DNA of 63,860 nt, counting the filler, from Octopus bimaculoides (lineage: Eukaryota), in NCBI RefSeq assembly GCF_001194135.2. It is 7 parts of 6 records of this genome, joined end to end, with 100 filler letters (N's around TTAATTAATTAA, not from the genome) between each part and the next. Parts side by side here need not be neighbours in the genome. Positions count along the whole stretch, not along the records: positions 48,931 to 55,382 come from NC_068986.1; positions 55,483 to 58,098 come from NC_069005.1; positions 58,199 to 62,735 come from NC_068986.1; positions 62,836 to 63,860 come from NC_068997.1; 3 more parts are not named here. One strand, written 5' to 3'. This document shows positions 53,650 through 63,860 of the stretch, in pieces; positions within the stretch are counted from its first letter, which is position 1, and each line of letters opens with the position of its first letter. A program made the position numbers and the translations under genes. Under the pieces are notes generated by a model. The model worked only from the letters and a program-made list of their open reading frames with translations. It was not told the origin of the DNA and made no database searches.

Positions 53650-55150
53650 ATTATTTAGTATATTTTTCGCTTGTGCTTTAGCTCAAAGTTTTAGGTCTGC
53701 TTCCGTTTTCTCATGCTGATTCTACGGGACTCCATTACTTTCGGTGCTGGGACATTGAATACATCAAAAAATACTACCATAGGAATTTCTCTCAGCTCCT
53801 CGAGCTGGCAGAATCGTTAGCACGCCGGACGAAATGCTTAGCGGTATTTCGTCTGCCGTTACGTTCTGAGTTCAAATTCCGCCGAGGTCGACTTTGCCTT
53901 TCATCCTTTCGGGGTTGATAAATTAAGTACCAGTTACGCACTGGGGTCGATGTAATCGACTTAATCCGTTCGTCTGTTCTTGTTTGTTCCCTCTATGTTT
54001 AGCCCCTTGTGGGCAATAACGAAATAGGTATGTCTCTTCTTTAACTGATTTATATATCACCTATGTTTCCAGCAAAGTACTTTAATTTGATACATCACAC
54101 TTCCTATTTTTTGGTCACAAGGCCATCCTCCCAGCCTTCTTTACCATTTCTGTAGGTTTTAAAATGCACTTTATCTCCTACTTTGAAATATTTCGTTGCA
54201 TCTTTCAAATTTCCTTTACATCTTTTTTTTTCTCTGGCAAAACTTATCAAAAATCGATTTTATTCTTCTCGTGAACATCAACTCTGCGAGTAACTTTCCT
54301 GAATTTGTACTTGGATTGGAGGTTACTCTATATACCCTTAATAATTTTGTTAGTGCTCCGTCATTACTTAATTCATTCCTAGCTTTTCTTAACGCTCTTT
54401 TGAACATGTCCAGAATCTTTCTACCTGACCATTTGACTTCGGGTGGTAGGGTGGAGTGAAAATATGCTTTATCGCATGCATTTTACAGAAGTTCTTGAAT
54501 TTATACCCCGTGAATTGCGTTCCATTATCAGAAACTAACGTGTCTGGAACACCGTATCGTGCAAACAATTCGTATAGGAACTTTATAGTTGTCTTAGCAG
54601 TTGGTTCATTGCACCTGCATACCTCTGGTCACTTTGTAAAGCTGTCTACCACGATTAGATAGTAAGGCATAGTTGATATGTAACCTAAACCATGGGTTCT
54701 CAGTCTCCGGTCACGATTGATATTTTACCGGCGGGCGCAACCTCGCCAATTTCTCACTAAATTTTCCAGCCCATTGTCAGCCAATAGACAGAGCTCCTCA
54801 TCCTCGACATTCTTTGGTGTCTGCTGTGGAATTATTGCAATATACGTTTTTGTAATGTAGTTGGTACTACAACTCTTTGCGCATATATCAGAATATTGTC
54901 ACACATTGAGAAACTACTTGAATTTGTAATTTTATTCTGGTTTTTTTTTAAAGCTTCTTTCATTTTTATAATATACTCATCGCCTACAGATTTCATTCTT
55001 ATATCCTGTGCAGTCACTGGTAGTTCTTGGATAACATTAGTCATAATACTTTTTATTTTATTTTCTGCCTGCAGTGTGGCTATCACGGTATCTTCTTGTG
55101 GTTCTGTATTTTGGAGAACTAGCAGAGGCACCCGGCGTTGCTCTGGAATG
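53650..55150 (-). mobile_element. Ty3/Gypsy pol remnant (RNaseH-integrase linker, integrase core, C-terminal tail)
   Basis: RVVVPTTLQKRILQ, KPW.RLHI, VVDSFTKWPEV, LFARYGVPDTLVSDNGTQFT, TPPYHPKSNGQVERF, FKVGDKV; stops and frameshifts. Confidence 0.88.
53801..54030 (+). mobile_element. Family A SINE, young, inserted into the Gypsy pol tail
   Basis: CpG-intact copy; Gypsy reading frames resume on both sides. Confidence 0.88.
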
Positions 55151-55482
55151 AAATTGTTGCTTATATACTTGAAGAAAAAAAGGCAAAATATGCTGTATAG
55201 AAATTTGAGGACATTCTGTAGATGGACTCTCAGATGAATGATGGCTGGGCGCCTCTCATGAATGGGGAAAATTGAAGATGTGCCAAAAAGCCTCATTGGT
55301 ACTTGGAAACTTTTACGAAAATTAAAATGGGGATCGTTGCCAGTGCCCCTGGACTGGCTCTTGTGCGGGTGGCACATAAAATNNNNNNNNNNNNNNNNNN
55401 NNNNNNNNNNNNNNNNNNNNNNNNNNTTAATTAATTAANNNNNNNNNNNNNNNNNNNNNNNNNNNNNNNNNNNNNNNNNNNN

Positions 55483-55915
55483 GATGATAGTCCCTGTAAA
55501 ATTCTGTTGACTGTTCTTTGAGCCACTTCTTCACTACAGTTTTCACTTCCTCGTCACTGGACTATCATCGTCGCTAGGCTATCATCGTTGCTGGGCTATC
55601 ATTGTCGCTGGACTATCATCTCTTCGGCCCCATGAAAGAGGGTTTGAGAGGCAAACATTATTCCAGCGACGCGGAAGTGAAAACTGTAGTGAAGAAGTGT
55701 GGCTCAAAGAACAGTCAACAGAATTTTACGGGGCAGGGATACATGCTCTCGTTCGAAGGTGGAACATTGCTATTGAGAGAAATGGTGACTATGTTGAGAA
55801 GTAGGGATGTGATCCACAGAGAACCAGCTTCCTTTTGATGTATGATTCATGTTCTTGTGTTGGTAATTATACCTGCCCTACACAAAAAGGCATTACTTTT
55901 TGACTCACCCTCGTA
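55483..55915 (+). mobile_element. mariner 3' end with terminal inverted repeat and an internal foldback
   Basis: DYHLFGPMKEGLRGKHYSSDAEVKT..; ends ttactttttgactcaccctcgta followed by TA. Confidence 0.85.
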
Positions 55916-56209
55916 TATTATCTGACGCGCTAACTATTCTGTCAGCTCACCACCTTAACAACAACGACAACAACAACAACAACAACAACAAAAAGAATCA
56001 GAAAGTACGGTGTGCTGGCAGAATGGTTATGGGTGTTGGACAGCAACGTGTTAGGTTATTTCTTCCTATTCATTACGTTCTGCGTTCAAACCTCACCGAA
56101 TTCAATTTTGCCTTTCATTCCTTCGAGATGAGTGAAATAAAGTATAAGTCAAGTACTGGGGCTGATGGTATAAACTAACACCCTCCTCCTAATTTTTGTC
56201 ACTGTAACG

Positions 56210-56251
<42 letters not shown>

Positions 56252-56287
56252 GTTATCATTATTATTATTAATTAATTTATTATTATT

Positions 56288-56525
56288 AAGGCGGTGAGCT
56301 GGCAGAATCGTTAGCACGCCGGGCGAAATGTTTAGCGGTTTTCCATCTGCCGCTACGTTCTGAGTTCAAATTCTGCTGAGGTCGACTTTTCCTTTCATCT
56401 TTTTGGGATCGATAAATTAAGTACGAGTTGATCACTGGGATCGATGTAATCGACTCATCCCCCCCCCCAAAAANNNNNNNNNNNNNNNNNNNNNNNNNNN
56501 NNNNNNNGGCAAAATTTGAAATCAT
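56288..56525 (+). mobile_element. Family A SINE, young; further partial copies at ~56030-56190 and 56553-56700
   Basis: aaggcggtgagctggcagaatcgttagcacgccgggcg..gttcaaattc..taagtacgag. Confidence 0.88.
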
Positions 56526-57067
56526 TATTATTATTATTATTATTATTATTAAGCGAGTTCAAATTCCGCCGAGGTCGACTTTGCCTTTCATGCTTTCGGG
56601 GTCGATGAAATAAGTACAAGTTGAATAATGGAGTCGAACCAATCTACTTAACCCCTCCCTCGAACTTGGTGGCTTGGTGAGAAAATATGAAATCAATATT
56701 TTGTATTATGAGGCTGGTAGGTTTTCAGAACCGTTGGAACGTCAGGCAAAACGCCTAGGAGTATTCGATTTCAGTACTTTACGCCGTGGGTTCAAATCCC
56801 GCTTTAGATTAACCTGATCTTTTGGATACAGCCATTTTGTTTTGGATACAGCCAACAAAATAAAACTTTGATCTGCCACGATTCGACGCATTTTTTTTTT
56901 CGTAACCTAACGAATAATAATCGATGACTTAAAGATCAATCATGGTCTCTCACGTGACCGAATGACCAAATCCTAGTTCATATTGTTTGTTTGTTTTTTT
57001 CTGTCATTTGGTTTTGTTTTTCAATTATTTATTTTATCACATCCTTCTCCTCCTCCTCCTTCTCATT

Positions 57068-57102
<35 letters not shown>

Positions 57103-58044
57103 CATCATCATCATCGTCATCGTCGTCGTCGTCGTCATCGTCATCGTCATCATTGCCCTTATCGTCGCCATAGTCGTTGTCATTTTCATCACCATCATCA
57201 TCACCATCACAGCCGTCGTCGTCATCGTCGGTAGCGGTGACAACGATAGTGGCGGCGGTGACGACAGCTGCCACCACCACAACAGCAACATCCCCTCTCG
57301 CATCACCATATTTATTCACAAAATTTATTTGGAAAAATATACTATAATGCTACTCAAACCACTATCAACATTATTATTATTATTATTATCAACATTATTA
57401 TCAATATTATCATTGCCTGAACGGTAATAACTCAACATTATCGATATACCAGCAACACGTTCGTAACTTATCAGCATTATCATATCTAACTCTGCTCCTA
57501 ACGTCTTCTGTACCACACTATTAATTTGACAACATTATTGGTATACATACCTCTAAATGTTAACGTTATTAGCTCATAGCCAAATAAAATATATTGTCAA
57601 TACACAGCTTATAAATTTGGACATTATGTGCGCGCATCTCCATAAATATTGATATTATCAAACTACGGGGACGCTAAAAGTTGTCATCACAACTACACAA
57701 CCATTTAGAAATAGCATAATAAGTAAACACTCGTAATTTATGATTTATTATCGACAACGTATACTGGAGAGGTTCACCGTCGTTATTAGAATAAAACTGA
57801 ACAATGTCTCCGACATTCACATGATTACAGAATAATGAAAAAAAAATAATTGTTTGATTTATGTCATTGAAAACAATGACGATATCGGTATAGTCACGTG
57901 AGTGTATCACTGGAATCAATCTGTTCAAAAGGATATTCTCTCGTGAGAAATTTGACTGGCGACTGTTGGTGCTGCCACCTATTGTTGCTTTCGGAATAAG
58001 AGAGGGAGAGAAAGAGAGTTTACTAAAAAATAAAAGGGAGGGTG

Positions 58045-58098
<54 letters not shown>

Positions 58099-58218
58099 NN
58101 NNNNNNNNNNNNNNNNNNNNNNNNNNNNNNNNNNNNNNNNNNTTAATTAATTAANNNNNNNNNNNNNNNNNNNNNNNNNNNNNNNNNNNNNNNNNNNNTA
58201 TATATATATATATATATA

Positions 58219-58384
58219 TAATTTAGAGAAAAGAACAACAATTCCTGAACTCTTCCATGAAAATTCACAGTCACATATAGAAAAATTTAATAAGTAAATA
58301 CACTTTACTTATTAAATTTTTTCTATATGTGACTGTGGATTTTCATGGATGAGTTCAGGAATTGTGGTTCTTTTCTCTAAATTA
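58219..58384. repeat. Near-perfect 166-bp palindrome (~80 bp arms) flanked by (TA)n; probable palindromic MITE
   Basis: taatttagagaaaagaac..taataagtaaa-tacac-tttacttatta..gttcttttctctaaatta. Confidence 0.9.
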
Positions 58385-58530
58385 TATATTTATATATTAT
58401 ATACTGTGAGACTTAATTTAATTTTAATTTTGATAAATTAAATTAAATTGAGTGTTTACCTGTAAATTTGGATTTTTATCCCTATTATTATAATTATTAT
58501 TATTATTATTATTATTATAATATATATATA

Positions 58531-58597
58531 TGAAATTTTGAATTTAGTTCACGGACGCCCAGTACTACCTTTGCGGACCACAGGTTGGGAGCCACTG
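58531..58597 (-). mobile_element. hAT-like (Charlie/MER-type) terminal fragment
   Basis: Minus strand starts cagtggctcccaacctgtggtccgc, a typical hAT terminus. Confidence 0.55.
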
Positions 58598-59294
58598 TGC
58601 TAATGTATTGCTCTGTTTTTGTAGTTTTAGCCCCAGCATCTTTTTGTCACTAACGTGATTAGTGTAGGTTTGTGAAGTAGGAGCGAAATATCACTCAAAA
58701 CAAGACCCTGCCATCGTAAAAACATACGAAATTGTGTACCTCTGGGCTAACTGCATATAGGGATGCATATAACCGAGATTGTCGGGCAGAAATCCTTTTG
58801 ATTATAGGTCAGTCGAATCAGGCCTGATCTGCGATTAAACTTCAAAGACACCAATAACTGGAGCGAAACCTCTACATAGCCATTTGCTCTGTTAGAAACG
58901 GCAGCTATATCTCCTTCACATCACATCCTTCCGACTTATATCATGGCAGGGAAAAATTACGTAATATAGTCCTATACACGACTGACAATAGAGGCCGATC
59001 ATATTTAGAACGGTTTTCATCACATATCTACCTCTATCAGAGTTGACCTGACGCTAACAACAATAGTTGTTGCAATGTAGCAGCTGTAACGAGAAACTTT
59101 CAGCATCAATCGTCTGCTACTTTTTTTAAAGCATTTTGCATGTATGCATCTATGTGCGTGCATAGATAGACAGACAGACATACAGAAAGACAGATAGATT
59201 GCGTATATATATATATATATAAATATATATATACGCTTGTTTATACACATCTATATGCATGACCATACAAATGCATTTATATGTGTGTGTGTGC

Positions 59295-59328
<34 letters not shown>

Positions 59329-59463
59329 ACAAATGCAAGCAAGCTCACACGCACGCACATTCACACATGTGCTTTCGTGTATATTGGTACATGCGTAGTG
59401 TATGCGACATACTCGTACGAGTCTATATAGACAAGTAAGTATACACTATAAATATAAATATAA

Positions 59464-59494
<31 letters not shown>

Positions 59495-60166
59495 TTTACA
59501 CCTGTGTGCATATGTGTGATTATGTGTGTGTGTGTATTTTTGTGAATGTGTATGCATGCGTCTGTGTGAGCATGTGTGTAAAAATTATAATCGCGAATCA
59601 ATACTAACGAGGCCTTCCGTCTAATCAATCTGCTGTATACGTTCAGTTAATGCTTTATGCTGAAGATCCTCTAGGCTAGAAACCTAGTAACCCTTAATTC
59701 GCAGTTCCCATGTTTTTTTTTTCCTTCTTTATCCCCAAATCAAATTATAATCCTGTTCGTTTATGTTTTTTCTTATTCCATTAAGTGGTGCCTCTTAGTT
59801 TGAACACTCCACTTCGGATTTGCTTTCATTATTGCTTATTGGGTTGGTTGATTTTTTCGTTTTTATTTATTTATTTTTTTGTTTTTGTATGTTTTCTTTT
59901 GACTGCTCTAGTTGCCGTTGTTATTATTTCTGTTGTTATCATTATTATTATTATCATTATATGTGACATTAACGACGTGTACGTATTGTTGGTTTTTGTT
60001 TTGGTTTTGTATGGGTGTTATCTTTTTTTTTTACGTTTTTCCATATTTATTTTGCTTTTATTTTTTACTCAGTTTGTATCTATCCAAATCCTTCTTTATT
60101 GCTTGTTTGTAATACCAGCTCACGCCCGTAAGGATATTTTCTGTTCGCTCACATATACAAGATGCT

Positions 60167-60213
<47 letters not shown>

Positions 60214-60229
60214 NNNNNNNNNNNNNNNN

Positions 60230-60293
<64 letters not shown>

Positions 60294-61342
60294 TATATAA
60301 ATATGCATGTATATACATATGTATATATACATACATATAAGCAAATTATATGTGTATATAAGCACATGCATTAATGCACATGACACACACATAATGTACA
60401 CTCACACATATACATGTGTATGGTTCACTTAATGCTCACGTATTAAAACTCGCACTATCACATACAAAATCAATTACACATTAGCACACACATGCATACA
60501 TACAAACATGCATACGTACATACATACATACATACGGACATACATACATATACACAGAAAGGCTCTCAAACACAAATACTTTTATGATCCACATTAGTAT
60601 TATGAGTGGGATGTCTTAAAACTATATACATGCCTCTATATACATATATGTACACACACGCGCACACACTCACACACACAGATATATGTATGTATGTGTC
60701 TAATTGTGTGTGTGAATGTATATACATACTTACGTAATATACACTTTCATTTATGTATATACGAGTATGTGCGTTAAATGGGATCGTACAAAAATACGTA
60801 GCCAAGAAAGAAATAAAACTTAATGAGAAGCAGGTCTTTACTAATTTGTTTTTCTTCCTACTTAAATGTGCCTACACACAGACATACACACACATACACA
60901 CACACACACATACACACACAAATTATATATATGCACAGTCACACACACACATACACTTGCTCACAGATATATATTAACAGCTAAGTTTTTAATATAAGTA
61001 ATGTTAAAGATTATACATTTCGATCGAAAAAGAATTGAATAAAATAAATGATAAAACGAAACTGATGTAGCGTAAAAGTTGCGAGTTTCAATTTCTTTTA
61101 GTTGCATTTTTGTGATATTTCGACTTCAGATCGTTGGCTCAAAGTATATTACGTTTTACACATATAAATGCGCGCGCGCTGTGCGTGTGTGTGTGTAACT
61201 TTTTACCTTCAACTTATTTCAGTCGTTAGACTGCGGCCGTGATGGGACACTGCCTTGAAGGGTTTAGTCAAACAAGTCCACCCCAGTACTAAATGAAGGA
61301 GGCAAATGAAAATATATATTGTGTAAGTATGTATATACATGA

Positions 61343-61673
61343 AAAAAAAAAACTGGCGTTCCGTCGCTTACGATGACGTGGGTTCCAGTTGATCCGATCA
61401 ACGGAACAGCCTGCTCATGAAATTAACGCTCAAGTGGCTGAGCACTCCACAGACACGCGTACCCTTAGTGTAGTTCTCAGGGAGATTCAGCCTGACATGC
61501 AATGTGACAAGGCTGGCTCTTTGAAATACAGGCACTACTCATTTTTGTCAGCTGAATGGACTGGAGCAACGTGAAATAAAGTGTCTTGCTCAAGGACACA
61601 ACGCGTCGCCGGGAATTGAAATCACGACCTTACGATCGCGAGCCGAATACCCTAACCACTAAACCACGCGCCT
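61343..61673 (-). mobile_element. Family C (CORE-type) tRNA-derived SINE, full length, young
   Basis: ggcgcgtggtttagtggttagg (A box), gatttcaattcc (B box), gtgtccttgagcaagacacttta (CORE-like). Confidence 0.88.
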
Positions 61674-62198
61674 TCATGTATGTACATATACACACACAAT
61701 TAGACGCCTACATACATATAAAGTATCCCCCAAAATTGACATCATTTCGGAGTCTGACAACGTAGCCAATNNNNNNNNNNNNNNNNNNNNNNNNNNNNNN
61801 NNNNNNNNNNNNNNNNNNNNNNNNNNNNNNNNNNNNNNNNNNNNNNNNNNNNNNNNNNNNNNNNNNNNNNNNNNNNNNNNNNNNNNNNNNNNNNNNNNNN
61901 NNNNNNNNNNNNNNNNNNNNNNNNNNNNNNNNNNNNNNNNNNNNNNNNNNNNNNNNNNNNNNNNNNNNNNNNNNNNNNNNNNNNNNNNNNNNNNNNNNNN
62001 NNNNNNNNNNNNNNNNNNNNNNNNNNNNNNNNNNNNNNNNNNNNNNNNNNNNNNNNNNNNNNNNNNNNNNNNNNNNNNNNNNNNNNNNNNNNNNNNNNNN
62101 NNNNNNNNNNNNNNNNNNNNNNNNNNNNNNNNNNNNNNNNNNNNNNNNNNNNNNNNNNNNNNNNNNNNNNNNNNNNNNNNNNNNNNNNNNNNNNNNNN

Positions 62199-62232
<34 letters not shown>

Positions 62233-62254
62233 CATACATACATACATACATACA

Positions 62255-62286
<32 letters not shown>

Positions 62287-62399
62287 AAGTATCCCCCAAA
62301 ATTGACATCATTTCGGAGTCTGACAACGTAGCCAATTCTCACTCAAATCATCTCAAATTTTAACAAAATGTATAAAAACTTTGGCTCAGGAATGCCAGT

Positions 62400-62482
62400 G
62401 ATAATGACATTGTGTTGTTGAAATAGCCACCACGTTCACCTGACTTCACATCTTGTGATGTTTTTCTAGGGGTTTATGTGAA
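62400..62482 (+). mobile_element. Tc1/mariner-like transposase micro-fragment
   Basis: Reads *PPRSPDFTSCDVFL.G, resembling WPPRSPDLTPCDFFLWG. Confidence 0.5.
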
Positions 62483-62489
62483 TATAATG

Positions 62490-62652
62490 ATGTATATATA
62501 CATGACAAACCTCTTTCAGCTTCTGCTTTGTTCGGCCTGGTTCTGTAGTAGAATAGCAGGAGACACTTATACAATGTATCACGCAGTGGGATTGAACCTA
62601 GAATCATGTGGTTGGGAAGCAAACTACCCACCACACAGCCATGTCTATGCCT
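62490..62652 (-). mobile_element. Family D tRNA-derived SINE, 5' part
   Basis: Minus strand: ggctgtgtggtggg (A box), ggttcaatccc (B box), aagtgtct. Confidence 0.65.
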
Positions 62653-62689
62653 ATATTTATATATATATATATATATACACATAAATACA

Positions 62690-62735
<46 letters not shown>

Positions 62736-62851
62736 NNNNNNNNNNNNNNNNNNNNNNNNNNNNNNNNNNNNNNNNNNNNTTAATTAATTAANNNNNNNNN
62801 NNNNNNNNNNNNNNNNNNNNNNNNNNNNNNNNNNNTGTATGTATATATATG

Positions 62852-62883
<32 letters not shown>

Positions 62884-62893
62884 TATATGTATG

Positions 62894-62924
<31 letters not shown>

Positions 62925-62943
62925 GTATGTATGTATATATATG

Positions 62944-62975
<32 letters not shown>

Positions 62976-63024
62976 TATGTATATATGTATGTATGTATAT
63001 ATATATGTATGCATGTATGTATGT

Positions 63025-63060
<36 letters not shown>

Positions 63061-63101
63061 ATGTATGTATGTATGTATATATATGTATATATATATATGT
63101 G

Positions 63102-63134
<33 letters not shown>

Positions 63135-63491
63135 ATGTATATACACACTTGCATTAATACGTATGCGTACATGTATCTAGGTGCGTTAGGTGTAGGTAGA
63201 GAGGTATACTTGCCGGTGTAAAAATAATTGCTGGTTGAAAAAACACCCGTAACTTCAAAACACAATAACTCACCTCGAATGATTATTTTCTTTTTTTTTT
63301 CTTTCTTTATCGAAATAATAATCATGTGGAAACTACGTAATTTTTATCAAGTGTATATACGTACATACACACATATATGCATGCATAGATACACACATAC
63401 ATGCATGCATGCATGCATACACATATACATACATGCATACATACGTACACACATGTATACATGTAGTAATATGTGTGTATCTACTCGCCTG

Positions 63492-63648
63492 TCTTTACGT
63501 TCTGAGTTCAAATCCTGCCGAGGTCGACTTTCCATTTCATCCTTTCGGGGTCGGTAAATTAAGTACCAGTTGCGTCCTGGGGATCGATCTAATCGACTGG
63601 GCCTCTCCCCCAAAATTTCGGACCTTATGCCAAGAGGAGAAAAGAATA
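63492..63648 (+). mobile_element. Family A SINE, 3' part
   Basis: gttctgagttcaaatcctgccgaggtcgact..ttcggggtcggtaaattaagtaccag. Confidence 0.8.
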
Positions 63649-63809
63649 TGTGTGTGTGTTTGTGCGTGTGTGTGTGTTTGTGCGCATGTGTTTCCGGTTG
63701 CTTGACAGGGACAGTGCAGCACAAAAATGGATTACTGCTGGTAAGCCGAAAATTCGAAGTCACTGACGACAGCTTCTGTGTAAAATCAATACGCATATAT
63801 GTGTGTGTG

Positions 63810-63860
<51 letters not shown>

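Noticed and set aside
57029-57319. Acidic poly-D/E ORF
   Set aside because: Translation of (CAT)/(CGT) trinucleotide arrays.
53359-57901. Three TCACGTGA E-boxes (53359, 56950, 57894)
   Set aside because: They lie on different spacer-separated blocks with no shared flanking context; only the first sits in a promoter-like cluster.
61705-62335. ~65-bp direct repeat (aagtatcccccaaaattgac..gtagccaat) on both sides of a gap
   Set aside because: Identical copies bracketing an N run next to a microsatellite, typical of an unmerged contig overlap; a real tandem duplication cannot be excluded.

Overview
Very AT-rich, microsatellite-dense eukaryotic genomic DNA with many N gaps. The SINE/LINE repertoire and simple-repeat density suggest an octopus genome (inference, not database-checked). 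No host protein-coding gene can be supported with confidence, only a few short splice-site-bounded exon candidates. Nearly all long ORFs in the track are translations of microsatellites or run through N gaps. The real coding signal is transposon-derived: a near full-length Tx1/L1-clade LINE at ~48.9-53.3 kb (minus; ORF1 with CCHC knuckle, APE+RT ORF2, one premature stop in each sequenced ORF) directly downstream of a Gypsy pol remnant and its 3' LTR; about seven R4/Dong-like RLE-endonuclease LINE fragments in (AAT)n tracts at 1-12.6 kb; CR1-like and RTE RT fragments; two mariner remnants; a hAT (GTF2IRD2/Buster-like) remnant; piggyBac-like MITEs; a Helentron-like element; and five recurring SINE-like families. 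Six 100-nt spacers (N44-TTAATTAATTAA-N44) are assembly joins, so adjacency across them is uncertain. Best observations: a twin-priming-type 5' inversion in a young retroposon, an LTR promoter abutting the Tx1 LINE, a sharp CpG-decay contrast left vs right of 28.6 kb, a perfect 44-bp higher-order repeat, and several foldback/palindromic structures. I found no convincing novel multi-gene system.
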